Assembly: GCA_002811645.1 (NCBI GenBank)
Contig: PDIP01000128.1
Coordinates: forward strand, 1-33,616
Source of the DNA: Corallochytrium limacisporum Hawaii
Taxonomy: Eukaryota > Protista > Pluriformea
Length of the DNA: 33,616 bases
Direction: 5' to 3'
Below are positions 20,739 to 31,138 of the stretch, piece after piece. Position 1 is the first letter of the stretch. The number at the start of each line of letters is the position of its first letter. The translations under genes and the position numbers were made by a program. A model generated the notes under the pieces. It was not told the DNA's origin, did no database searches, and was given only the letters and a program-made list of their open reading frames with translations.

Positions 20739-23243
20739 TTACAAAATATTCTTCAGCACTATACAGTTCTGGAACTGAGTTACGTAGTCCAGGCACAGTT
20801 CGCTTCGTTGTTCGCATGGTACACACACACGGCCGCCTAGCGGGCCAAACATACTGCCGCATTGACACGACCCAGCAATGCACTCTCCGCATCCCATTGA
20901 TTCCTGATTAGTTTCACTGTCTTCACAAGTGTCCCCCGTGTTTGATGTCGTATATCCATTGAGGCATGCGGTTGGATTCGGGGTTGCTGGAAGGGGTCTT
21001 GGTTTAGCACGAGGTGGCTGATCATAGCCGTCCTTTGGTAAGAGTTTCTTCGGCGGGCCTTGCATCTTGCACTCCAAGAAGTTTTCGTACTCAACTTCGC
21101 ATGACGCTGTGTCTCCGCATGCCACACATACAACACCCAATTGTGGTTGATCAGGATGACCACATTGGCAACCGCCAACTGCACAGGCTGCGCATGACCG
21201 GTCCACTGGATTCCAGTGGTCCCACCAGCATGTGTCTCCCTCTTCCTGGTCCGTGAATCCATTGGTACAATCATCGTTTCCAGGAGTAGGATTGCCAGGG
21301 TTTGGGTTGCCCGGATTGTTGGGATTAGGGTCATCATCTTCGGTGCCGAATTCCACAGGGTCCCCGCTGGACACCGTAATCCACGTGTACGGTCCCTCCG
21401 TGTTCACGATTACCCTGTTGCCTGAGGTCTGCTCGGGCACAGATCCCAGGCCTTCAAATGCAATGGAACATGCAGTTTCGGTCGAGATTTTGATGTAACT
21501 TAATGCTCCGTCAGCTCGCCGCACGGAGACTTTTGGATTGCATTCATCGTACTTAAAACGTAGGTTGAAGAGGTCAGCAATGCGGTCCTGGCCCTCGCTG
21601 ACAACTGGAATGGCCATGTAATCGCTGACTGCACTCACCACAAACTCAGTCCACATGGACAAGAGTGCCTGAGATCCATCCTGATATGGTTGCACAACCA
21701 TATTGGCCTGGTGGAACATGTACGGATCATGCCGCAAAGCCATTATTTGACTTGAATGGCGGTTCACTTCGCTCTCCATGAGATCTTCAATCGTTTCATA
21801 ATCCCAGTACGCTAGATTCTGTTCGAATGTGGCGGCGTCAAAGGCAACAGCGGTGCAGTGACGGGGCACAATCCAAATTGAGTTGTTTGGCGTGTAACCG
21901 TTTACGTTGACCGTGAGGTACCATGGCACGTAGTTCTCGCGACCCTCCATCGACCAGTCGTGCGCAGGGTTGCAGCTGTCGGATAATGCACTGTTCATGC
22001 CAAGCTGGTCCATCGCCGCAAATACCTCGCCGTTGTGCATGCCGGAGTATTGTCCAGTAATGAGACCCTTGGGGCTCCAATTCTGGTGACCAGCCAGGTC
22101 CAACACCACCTCCGCAAACTTCATACTGTACTCCAATTCGGCATAGCTATCACCCGGACCGAGAGCGCCCATCTGCGCATGGGTAAAAGTATGGGACAGC
22201 CACAGAAAGCTGTCTTTCCAATTATGGTTTCTTCTGATCCCGGCGCCAACCCGACTAATTTCATCATCGCGATCTATCCACGGGGTCCAGAAGCTTGAGT
22301 CATTCCACCAACCGGGTTCCCACAAGTTATTGTACACATTCTCGCGGGTCCCTGCCATTGAGTAGTTGTCCACCTGTCCAGGAGGGTAGCTCCCGAAGGA
22401 GTTGGAAAGCCGTCCAAACTCCTTGAGACCTAGCCCATTCATTGCCAGTTCTGGCTTGATGTTCGATCCATGTTTGGCATTAAATTCTGCCAACCAGTCC
22501 ACCCACCATTGCATATCATCTGTAGTCACAACGCGTTCTGGATTGTTACCCGGAGGAGCAAAGAAATCATCAACCTGTAGTCCGGCGAGCTGGCGACGAT
22601 GGCCCAGCAGCGGAAGAGGTTCACCATGACCTCTCAATAGGTACTGCAAAGCAACATGCTGGAGCGCCAGAGATGTGAGATGCGAATCATCAAGGGCGCT
22701 GGCCACGTGAAGCGTGTAATTTTCCGCAAAAGCGACAACTGCGCCGGCACCGTCAGTAACGATCGGCACCGCGGCATCACCAGAGCCCATGTTGGAGTAG
22801 ACATTCAGATTGTAGTTTCGACGTGGCCAATTGGTACCGCGGCGCACAATGCCCTCCAGGAATGCAGTGTTGTCATTATCAGGTACAAGTAGGGAATCTT
22901 GAGTAGACCGGACTGTGGACGCCGTTCCGAAGCGGTTTGATTGCATGACGATGTGCCTGACATTGTATTTCTCCTGATAGTCTCGAAGACTCTGTGAATC
23001 ATTGGTCTGCATGCCATCCACAGTGATGAAACAGCTGTACAGCCCAAGAGTTGAATCGGTGAGCTGGACATCGTCTGGATTGCTCGTTATAAACACCGTG
23101 TAAGGCAGCCCTGCCCCAAAGGCGACGACAAGACCAGCCGGATTGGGAGTGGGTGCAAACACTGCACAACCCAGGTCCACCGGTGGAAACTGAGCTCCCG
23201 CAACATTCACTAGGACCAAAGTGACTAACTTGAACCAGAACAT
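20739..23243 (-). CDS. agd3: Secreted Agd3-like (CE18-type) polysaccharide/galactosaminogalactan deacetylase, 834 aa, with two C-terminal 10-Cys modules
   Basis: Signal peptide MFWFKLVTLVLVNVAGA. Motifs follow the order recalled for fungal Agd3: GHRR..GLQVDDFF, AMNGLG, WLSHTFTH, SPKGLIT..YSGMHNG, IVPR and LRHDPYMFHQANM. A Pro/Asn linker and duplicated Cys-rich modules follow. The symbol indicates family membership, not proven orthology. Confidence 0.85.
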   Translation of the reverse strand: MFWFKLVTLVLVNVAGAQFPPVDLGCAVFAPTPNPAGLVVAFGAGLPYTVFITSNPDDVQLTDSTLGLYSCFITVDGMQTNDSQSLRDYQEKYNVRHIVMQSNRFGTASTVRSTQDSLLVPDNDNTAFLEGIVRRGTNWPRRNYNLNVYSNMGSGDAAVPIVTDGAGAVVAFAENYTLHVASALDDSHLTSLALQHVALQYLLRGHGEPLPLLGHRRQLAGLQVDDFFAPPGNNPERVVTTDDMQWWVDWLAEFNAKHGSNIKPELAMNGLGLKEFGRLSNSFGSYPPGQVDNYSMAGTRENVYNNLWEPGWWNDSSFWTPWIDRDDEISRVGAGIRRNHNWKDSFLWLSHTFTHAQMGALGPGDSYAELEYSMKFAEVVLDLAGHQNWSPKGLITGQYSGMHNGEVFAAMDQLGMNSALSDSCNPAHDWSMEGRENYVPWYLTVNVNGYTPNNSIWIVPRHCTAVAFDAATFEQNLAYWDYETIEDLMESEVNRHSSQIMALRHDPYMFHQANMVVQPYQDGSQALLSMWTEFVVSAVSDYMAIPVVSEGQDRIADLFNLRFKYDECNPKVSVRRADGALSYIKISTETACSIAFEGLGSVPEQTSGNRVIVNTEGPYTWITVSSGDPVEFGTEDDDPNPNNPGNPNPGNPTPGNDDCTNGFTDQEEGDTCWWDHWNPVDRSCAACAVGGCQCGHPDQPQLGVVCVACGDTASCEVEYENFLECKMQGPPKKLLPKDGYDQPPRAKPRPLPATPNPTACLNGYTTSNTGDTCEDSETNQESMGCGECIAGSCQCGSMFGPLGGRVCVPCEQRSELCLDYVTQFQNCIVLKNIL

Positions 23244-25316
23244 GGCCGATAGTCGTCACTGTTACTTGCTAGCAGCTTTATCTTGTTCTTTTGCTTGTAC
23301 GTGGTGGCTGCGCTTTTAGGATCTACCATAGTTTGTCCCAAGGGAGCTCAGATTCAATCCCTTTAGGTAGCTAACCCCTAACGATGAGAATAAAGGTTTG
23401 CCATATACACACTCCCCTGTGCTCTGGAATCCTCATTCTACAGCATGAGCACCAACAAAACTACAGAGTGTCTTTGGAAGTGCATCAGCCACTGGCACCC
23501 ACTCGCTAAATGGTTGGGCAGTTGGATGCTTCACCATCTCCCTTGGCGACACCGGCATACACTTCGCAGTCTTCGTGCATCTGCTACCAACCGTTCCCAG
23601 TGGTATTTCCGAGCTAGAATTGAACCATGCAACTCTCGGGTAGTTGTGTATGATCGCAGACCCACACTCCCATACAGGATGCTGTTGAAAGCTGCACTAA
23701 GACATGGGAAGAGGAGTGTAGCCCGTGCGCATTAATTTCGTCGGCAGCGTCCAGAAATGTAAGTCAAGCGGCCAAAGTGCACCGGCGGTGAGGAGGGTCG
23801 CGTTTTGGCTTGACAAGCCCCGGCCTCAGCGCACGTAAACCCCGCTTGCGACGAGAGGGAAGAGTGGCGGAGCCGTACGGGGGGTGTTGGCGAGAGAGGA
23901 GCGAAGGGCCTTTTTCTTTTTTTTTTTTTGGTGGGAGCCCGGAGATTTTCATAAAGAGAAGAAACCGGAAAGGGGCGGGGGAGAAAGAGACGCCCGGGGG
24001 AAGGGGGGGGGGGAGAGGAGGTGAAATTGGAGAAGTACGCCCCGCCTTGTGAAACTCGGCACCTGGCGGGCGTGTGGAAGTGTGGCGCACCCTACGAAAG
24101 CGGGTTTCTGGAAAAGAATGACAGAGGAGCGTGACGAGTATATTTCATATGGCGGAGTGGAGGATACGGTCGGACAGCCGGTGCTGCTGGTCCGACCAGC
24201 GAAACGGAGCAGCACTAATTGGTGCTGCACAGGAACTGAGTAAGCCGTAGCCAGCGTTCAGCCCCCTTCACCGGTCCACAGGAGCCTGAGGAGCCCCACA
24301 AATTTCAGACGTCCAGACGTACCGCTGGGTGGTTTGTTCTCACCCATACCCCAGGATGTGCCTCGAATGGGTTTTTCATTTACCAGACCGGTTCAAACTG
24401 CACCCGATGAGGTGTACCGGCAATAGTGGAATTCCGGAGACACCTGTGCTGTGCGAACATTCCTTACTTTCGCAGCTTCAGTGCGTGGTTTCTTTTCTTC
24501 GCCATGTTTGGCAACCCTCCGTGCACACCAACAGCAACTGATTCATCTAATAACTGTTGCTGGTCCGAGGTGGAGCAGCTTCACGGCGCTTGCATTGATG
24601 ACTTGAGACCGTGTGTGTAGCTCAAACGGTCGAACAGCCCCTCTGTCAATCTGATGGAGCCACTGTCTCTCAATTTCCAGACCAGGCCTCACTGTCCACA
24701 TGAAGGCGACTCCACGGGTGCGAAAGACCCCGCTTGAGAGCGCAACGCCGCACAAGACTGCCTAGGATCAGGTTCGCCCGCTTGCGAGCCGAGAACCGCT
24801 CTTAACTCAGACCCAGCGGAAAGCGGACTCCCCCTTTTTCCTCCCGCTAAGTGTGTGCCACCCTTCGGTCAGAATTCTCCGTGAAGCGAGCACGGTGCCC
24901 CCACCCCCCCCCCATTTCATGTTGTGTATCTGGCTATATCTCGGGAGAGTCTTTTCCGTATGAAGAACGGGCGCAGGGGAGCATGGTGGAGCCAGTGGCC
25001 GGGCGGCACAGAGTGGCGCAGCCGCATACAGACCGCAAAGTCCCATACTAAACGCAAAACTGCCGAATCCTCTCCACACTGTGCCGTGATGGACGGGGAA
25101 TCAGCACAAGCCCAGTTCGCTAACATTGGCACGAGAGAAGAGCCAAAGATCAAGGCATGAAAACTAACGAGTCCCGTGTTTAATGATCACGGCCCATAGC
25201 AACGTATGTGAGAAGTAATCCACATGCAGTTGGTTTGAACCCAGATTCTCGATCATAAAACCATAGCATGTGATTGAATTAAAAACGGTAGCTATCCGTT
25301 CATATTCCCGAACGCA

Positions 25317-26126
25317 ATGTCGTCTTATGATGGTTACGGAGATGATGATGGCTGCGATAGTTATGGATCTGATGGCGATGCCTACTACAGCTTTGAATCT
25401 TACAGTAATGGCGATGATAGTGATGGCTCTGACTGTAATGGTGACAATGCTTGCTTTCGTTGTGGAAGATCGGGACACTGGCAAAATGAATGTTTTGCCC
25501 GCACTACGATTGATGGTGAGCGGATGAGTCCGGACAATGTGATTGACTTGGTCGCGAATGATGACACTTGCTTTCGTTGTGGAAGATCGGGACACTGGCA
25601 AGATGAATGCTTTGCCCGAACCACGATTGATGGTGAGCGGATGAGCGTGGACAGTGTGATTGACTTGGCCGACAGTGAACCTGGCAGTCCAAGAGTTGAC
25701 CAATTATCCCCACAGGAGGACACACCGCCAAGACGTGGCGTGTATGTATTGGAGACAAATGATCAGAGTTTCTACGTGGGTCGCTCGGAGGACATTTCCG
25801 CTCGCCTCAGGGCACACACTAGGGGCACCGGAGCGGCGTTTGTTAACGATCACGGTGGTGTCCAAGCCAGGCATACTCCACTTACCGAAGCGAGGCCGGA
25901 TCTGGATGAATGGGAAAGGGTGGAAACTCTAGAGTGTATGTATGAGTATGGAATCAACCGTGTCCGGGGTCATGTATGGACCAATCCTCAGCTGACCTCA
26001 GTGGAGGTAGAGGATATTCAGATGCAAATTTGCGAGAGAAACAGCCTCTGCCGCCGGTGCGGTGAAGCGGGCCACTTTGCTAGAGCATGTCGGAGCCAAT
26101 TCAGAGCCAATTGGATGGATCGCTAA
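25317..26126 (+). CDS. GIY-YIG nuclease with three CCHC zinc knuckles and an acidic N-terminus, paralog 1 (269 aa)
   Basis: GIY-YIG core GVYVLE...FYVGRS...RLRAH...E...YGINRVRG. Knuckles CFRCGRSGHWQNEC, CFRCGRSGHWQDEC and CRRCGEAGHFARAC all fit C-x2-C-x4-H-x4-C. Confidence 0.88.
   Translation: MSSYDGYGDDDGCDSYGSDGDAYYSFESYSNGDDSDGSDCNGDNACFRCGRSGHWQNECFARTTIDGERMSPDNVIDLVANDDTCFRCGRSGHWQDECFARTTIDGERMSVDSVIDLADSEPGSPRVDQLSPQEDTPPRRGVYVLETNDQSFYVGRSEDISARLRAHTRGTGAAFVNDHGGVQARHTPLTEARPDLDEWERVETLECMYEYGINRVRGHVWTNPQLTSVEVEDIQMQICERNSLCRRCGEAGHFARACRSQFRANWMDR
25452..25679 (+). repeat. Intragenic tandem duplication with a 117-bp (39-aa) period, covering a zinc knuckle plus the VIDL motif
   Basis: tgctttcgttgtggaagatcgggacactggcaa starts at both 25452 and 25569. 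Confidence 0.92.
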
Positions 26127-26558
26127 CTAAGAGAGGCCATTGAAGATGAATGAGAGAAGAGATATAGAAGCCGCGACAGCACGGAAAGAATCCATCTTGC
26201 TTGTTTTTGATTCAGTAATGACGACGACAACCCTCAGAAGATTGTACTCTGCAGCAAAAATAGAATCCATTAAGGACAAAGTTTCGATGAGCATTTGTTC
26301 GTATTTCACCCAGATTGTCACCCTGTGTACGCTGGCAGTGGCTTGCCCAGGATCTATCGCCCGGGTTGTGCAGCTCCTCCCTGACCATCCCAGTGGATCC
26401 CCCCCAACCCGCTCAAGGAAGGTTTTCGCGCCGAAAACCCACACTTCCCTCCCACCACCCCCTCCCTGCGCAAGGCCCAAAAAAGGGGGTCTCCAGTGCC
26501 CCCGCGGGACAACGACACCTGTTGTTGTTGGGGTGAGGGGGGGTTGTTGTTGGGGTGG

Positions 26559-26761
26559 NNNNNNNNNNNNNNNNNNNNNNNNNNNNNNNNNNNNNNNNNN
26601 NNNNNNNNNNNNNNNNNNNNNNNNNNNNNNNNNNNNNNNNNNNNNNNNNNNNNNNNNNNNNNNNNNNNNNNNNNNNNNNNNNNNNNNNNNNNNNNNNNNN
26701 NNNNNNNNNNNNNNNNNNNNNNNNNNNNNNNNNNNNNNNNNNNNNNNNNNNNNNNNNNNNN
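26559..26761. other. Assembly gap (N run) preceded by a G-rich gttgttgttggggtg repeat
   Basis: Run of n characters. ORFs spanning it are artefacts. Confidence 0.99.
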
Positions 26762-27096
26762 NGGGGGGGCCTGGCCTCGGGGCCACAAATTGGCGAGTCA
26801 TCCGTGTGTTACTCAGCAAGCACTCGGTTTCTTTTTCTCTGTGGAAATTCTTTTGGTCTTATGAGGAAATGAAAAGCTGCGCAACCGCATTGCAAGATGT
26901 TTTACAGGCGAGGAGAGCCGATGGGTTAAAACATCAAGACTGGAGTTACTGGGTCGATCCGATGATCGGGAAGTAGCTGGATTCCAAAATAATTGTATAA
27001 GAAGGGATCCCCACGAGTCTGGTTGAGTCACGGGGGCCGACACTTATGAGTTGAGAGTCTGACCTGCAGTAGCTAAACGTGACAGTCGTGAACGAC

Positions 27097-27729
27097 ATGC
27101 AATGTCGTCGCTGCCGGAGAAGGACACACCCTACAAGTTCCTGCTTTGCCAGTACATTCGTGGATGGCTCGCCAATACCTAACTTTGAAAGGGAACATGA
27201 TGATGATGGCGATAGTAACCAATCTGGTGGGAGTGAGTCTCCAGTGATTGACTTAGTTAACAGTGAACCTGGAAGTCCGAGAGATCAGCAACGATCCACA
27301 CGGGAGGATACTTTGCCAAGAGAAAGCCCACCAAGACGAACCATATATGTATTGGAGCTGAGTAATCACCACTTCTATGTAGGTCGCTCGATGAACATTT
27401 CTGCTCGCATTGGGCAGCATGTCAGAGGCCAAGGTTCAAGGTTCGTTAGCCTTCACGGTCCCGTACAAGACAGGCTTAATCCAATTACCGACATGAGGCC
27501 AGATCTGGATGAATGGGAAAGGGTGGAAACTCTTGAGCGTATGTATATACATGGCATCACGCGAGTGCGGGGTCATGTATGGACCAATTCTCAGCTGACC
27601 CCAGGGGAGGTAGAGGACATTCAGAGGCAAATTTGCGAGAGAAAGGGCCTCTGTTACCTGTGCGGTAGATCGGGCCACTTTGCTGGTGCATGTCGGAGGC
27701 ACTCTAGAGCTCCTTGGATGAATAGATGA
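27097..27729 (+). CDS. GIY-YIG nuclease with two CCHC zinc knuckles, paralog 2 (210 aa)
   Basis: First ATG at 27097. Contains CRRCRRRTHPTSSC, IYVLE...FYVGRS...RIGQH, RPDLDEWERVETLE (identical to paralog 1), HGITRVRGHVWTN and CYLCGRSGHFAGAC. Confidence 0.88.
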   Translation: MQCRRCRRRTHPTSSCFASTFVDGSPIPNFEREHDDDGDSNQSGGSESPVIDLVNSEPGSPRDQQRSTREDTLPRESPPRRTIYVLELSNHHFYVGRSMNISARIGQHVRGQGSRFVSLHGPVQDRLNPITDMRPDLDEWERVETLERMYIHGITRVRGHVWTNSQLTPGEVEDIQRQICERKGLCYLCGRSGHFAGACRRHSRAPWMNR

Positions 27730-27900
27730 CAAAGAGAGGCCAGATGGATAGGTGACCCACAGTTGCCGTGAAAGATAAAGAGACAGAAAAAGGCCCCGGA
27801 TAGACCTATCTCTTAGATTCAGCATTGGCGACAAAATAGATCCGTCACGAATTGTTTGGTGCGAGTCCAACGAAGCCGACGAGAAAAACTCTCAGACATT

Positions 27901-27992
27901 GTTTGAGACACCCACACACTCGGAACGGTTGCTGCCCACAGAGTACGTTTGAGACACCCACACACTCGGAGCGGTTGCTGCCCACAGTGTAC
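27901..27992. repeat. Tandem duplication, 2 x 46 bp
   Basis: gtttgagacacccacacactcgga(a/g)cggttgctgcccacag(a/t)gtac occurs twice. Confidence 0.92.
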
Positions 27993-30900
27993 TATTGTAT
28001 TACTCAGCCGCTTTTCCCCCACCAAAAAAAAAAAAGAAGGGGTCAATATTGGCTGATGCACCGTGGTGATTTGTCTTCCGGAGCTGCCCCAAAGAGGCCA
28101 GTAAGACCTCTTTGTTTACAAAATACGTACAAACTGGCGGGCGTATCGCTATGACATATTGAAGGATATCCTGACTGGTAGATACTCGCTCTCAATCTAT
28201 AGTGAACTGAAGACCTGGGCGCTGCTGTTGGAGTCTGGCAAAGGAAACTGACAATGCTCTGACACGCGACGCACACGATTCATCTTCTGTATTCCATGGG
28301 TAGTCGGCATCCAAGCAATTCGCGCGGGGGGGAGCAAGCACCAATGAAGTCTAGCAGTCAACAAGACATACCTCATGCCGACAGTACTGGTAGTAAAACC
28401 TCATACGCGTATAACGGCACATGGTCAGATCTGACCTGTGTGGCTGTGGCATACCGACAGCCTTTGATTCAGAATGAAGCGGGGCCCTTGGTCCACTTTA
28501 TTTGAGTCAATCGGTATGTTTCTTCAAGTGCACTGATGTGGAATGAGCTGGTAGTATGTTCTTAGACACACGGGACATTCAAAAGTGTCCCCAGTTGGTA
28601 GGTTTCTAATTGGTCCGTAGGTAGTTACCTGCAATGGCCTCAGCAGGTGCGGTTCGAACGTAGAGGCGTACAGCACGAGTTCTGAAGCTCTGCGATGGGA
28701 AACACATGTGCCCCCCGCCCACAGAACCCCGGGAGCATTCTTGTTTGAGCCACTCAGTCCTCCAGGCCAATAAACCAGTCATACTTTTAAAGCGAACACC
28801 CAATGACTCCCCATGCATTCTCTCAGATGAGCAGCAATTGCCAATGCAGGAGTGAGATCCAAAACAACGACGCGCCCATCAGCCCATCACACGCGCAGCT
28901 GGGCTACCCCTTGCGCACCTAAACGCCCTGTTCCCCAGCTCCCCTCCTCCGGGCTTCCGTGGCCGGATCTCCACCGCCCCCTCTCTTGGGTGGAAGGGGG
29001 CGAAGAGCCTCATCACTTTCAATACAAAATATACACGGGAAAAGTGCCGCTAATTATAGATGATGAAATTATACCAACTCTTCTACCATAACCTAAGAAC
29101 GAAAAGGGAAAGTGCCAAACAAAGGAACGCGGGGTACGAATCACCGGTAGCAATATCGCCACTCGACCGCCACGGGACAAAGTTTGTTCAGTTACGCAGC
29201 GAACATAAGCGAGCCATTGTTAGTATAGTGAGATCGAGCACGGTGGTACGACGGGCGCGGCACTTGCGAGTTTGGCTCTTACCCGTCAAACGCTTGGGCC
29301 CGTCCAGTTGGAGGATACTTGCCTTGTCTTTATCTCCTAGCTGTCCGTTGCGCCCTTTCACGCACTATCGCACTAAACACGCCCCGGACGGAACTCCGGG
29401 GCCACTTCAAGATCTTTTCCGCAGGGCAACGATGAAAGCTACAATTCATTTACACTGGTTGCTCAGCGTTCGGCTAACGGTGTCATCTATTGGGTCCGGC
29501 ATACGTGTACACCGTACTAAGGTGCTTGCTGTGGCGTTGCGCACAATGGATAGTCATCGTGAGGAAATTACGTGCCATGGAAGGTCGGTACCGGAAAGTC
29601 AATGTGATCCCGGCAAAACGTGTACCCAATCTCACTCCTTTGATTCCTTTCAACCCAAAACGGCAGGACTAATCTAGTGCTTCAGGAACACTGGCCCAGA
29701 GCTTGCGCTTCTCGCTGTCGAAACTTGGTACGCGGTGTTGTGTATGAACTCATTGCAAACTTCTTGTTGTTGATAAAGGTTTGCCGAACCCGTGAAGATC
29801 ATGATCCGTCTAGTACAAGATGAGAACGCGATATTCAGCCACACTGCCCAACTTTCTCTCAAGTTCAGTGGCCCCACAAAGACTTGTCCTCCCCCCCCTT
29901 CGGACTTCTCTTCCTGTTCTTCTTTTTTTTTTTGCCCGCACAAGTTGATTGGTTTGTTCCCAATATAATTAGTACGGTACTGTATGGGAATGGACACCCC
30001 GCTCCTCCATCTTGGAATGTTGAGGAGGGGGGTGTCAAAAAATTGAGAGCCATTGGCCGTGTGTTCCGTGGAGGTGTTCCAAACGGGCGGCACAGTGACC
30101 CCCCCCATGTCTCGTTTAGCCCACCACATCAAGCTACCAGGTACACGAGACGTGTATCTTGATTTTAGTATCCATCGTGGACTTCAAATTGAGCGTATAA
30201 TTCATGTATGTCCAAAAGGTATCGTGTGGGACAATGGGTCTTGGTAGAACGAAGAGCACATGACAAACATGAAGTCGCATAGCTTGCCTGCGTCGGGGTA
30301 AGACACTTTTGGTCGCAGCCCATCCAAACCCTTTGACCGCAGTAGCTATGGGCACTCCCTTCTATCACACACACATCAAAAGCAAATATCCCTGAAATAT
30401 GAACACGTCCTCTGGAGACGTAGCTGCCCAAAGGCCTGCGTCAATAGCCTGGCCCACCGAGTCTTAGGCAAGCTTATTAGGAGAGGACTACGAATCTGAC
30501 TTCCCGTTGTGGTCGACAAAAACCAGGAAGGAAGCATTAGTGCTCTGCGATAGACCTTTGGTATGCACTTGCCTTCCATGAACTTGGTTTTGCATCTGGA
30601 GGAGCGGTCTAGTGACGGGAACTCCCGAAGAGCTGGGGACTTTGTAGAGATGGCCTATCGGTGCTTAGGAGAGTGAGTACTAGATACCGTATCAAATCGT
30701 TATCGTGTTCACAAGCAAAAAAGTGTTTTGACTCGTGCCGTCGATCAATTCAATTGCATTTGTTCCTTCTACGCACACGAACACCGCCATCCCCTTCCCT
30801 TCTTGGCTACCAGTACATCAGGTGGAGGAACACGATCCGAGAAAAAGGGGGGGGAAAGGGAGTGTGCCAATGAAGGTGGTTTTGTGTGACTTATATCAAC

Positions 30901-31032
30901 AAGCAAATCATTCGGGTGCCGCGATGACTATCATCGCTTGATGACTTTGAAATGGTCATCCAACTTCACGATGTTTCTGGGACTCTTCGAATATGGTCGC
31001 CTAGCGAGTCTCTGTCAAAAGCAAAGAAGTCA

Positions 31033-31043
31033 GGTATTTAAAG
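31033..31043 (+). promoter_or_regulatory. TATA-like box GGTATTTAAAG
   Basis: Lies 106 nt before ATG 31139. The duplicate copy is at 32796-32806. Confidence 0.55.
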
Positions 31044-31138
31044 ATCTGAGCTTCAGGTGCTCGCAGTCGCTGGGCAGATCATCAAAGGTTCATAAAAACA
31101 AGTTCCACATCCTCCCTCCAACTAATCAGTCATCAACC

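Noticed and set aside
26127-26976. Several long ORFs crossing the N run
   Set aside because: They are open only because N codons contain no stops.
25317-27729. Endogenous giant virus, Penelope element or retroviral Gag
   Set aside because: No viral core genes, reverse transcriptase, capsid or protease lie nearby. The knuckles flank a GIY-YIG domain in stand-alone genes. Viral ancestry of the genes themselves remains possible.
28296-30600. ORFs such as 29060-29677 (205 aa) and 29674-30132
   Set aside because: No domain signal, composition looks non-coding, and there is no promoter box at the usual spacing.
30938-31138. 67-aa N-terminal extension of the secreted proteins (also 32701-32901)
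   Set aside because: It starts at a non-ATG codon in the track, spans the TATA-like box, and would bury a clear signal peptide. Identity between copies reflects the DNA duplication.
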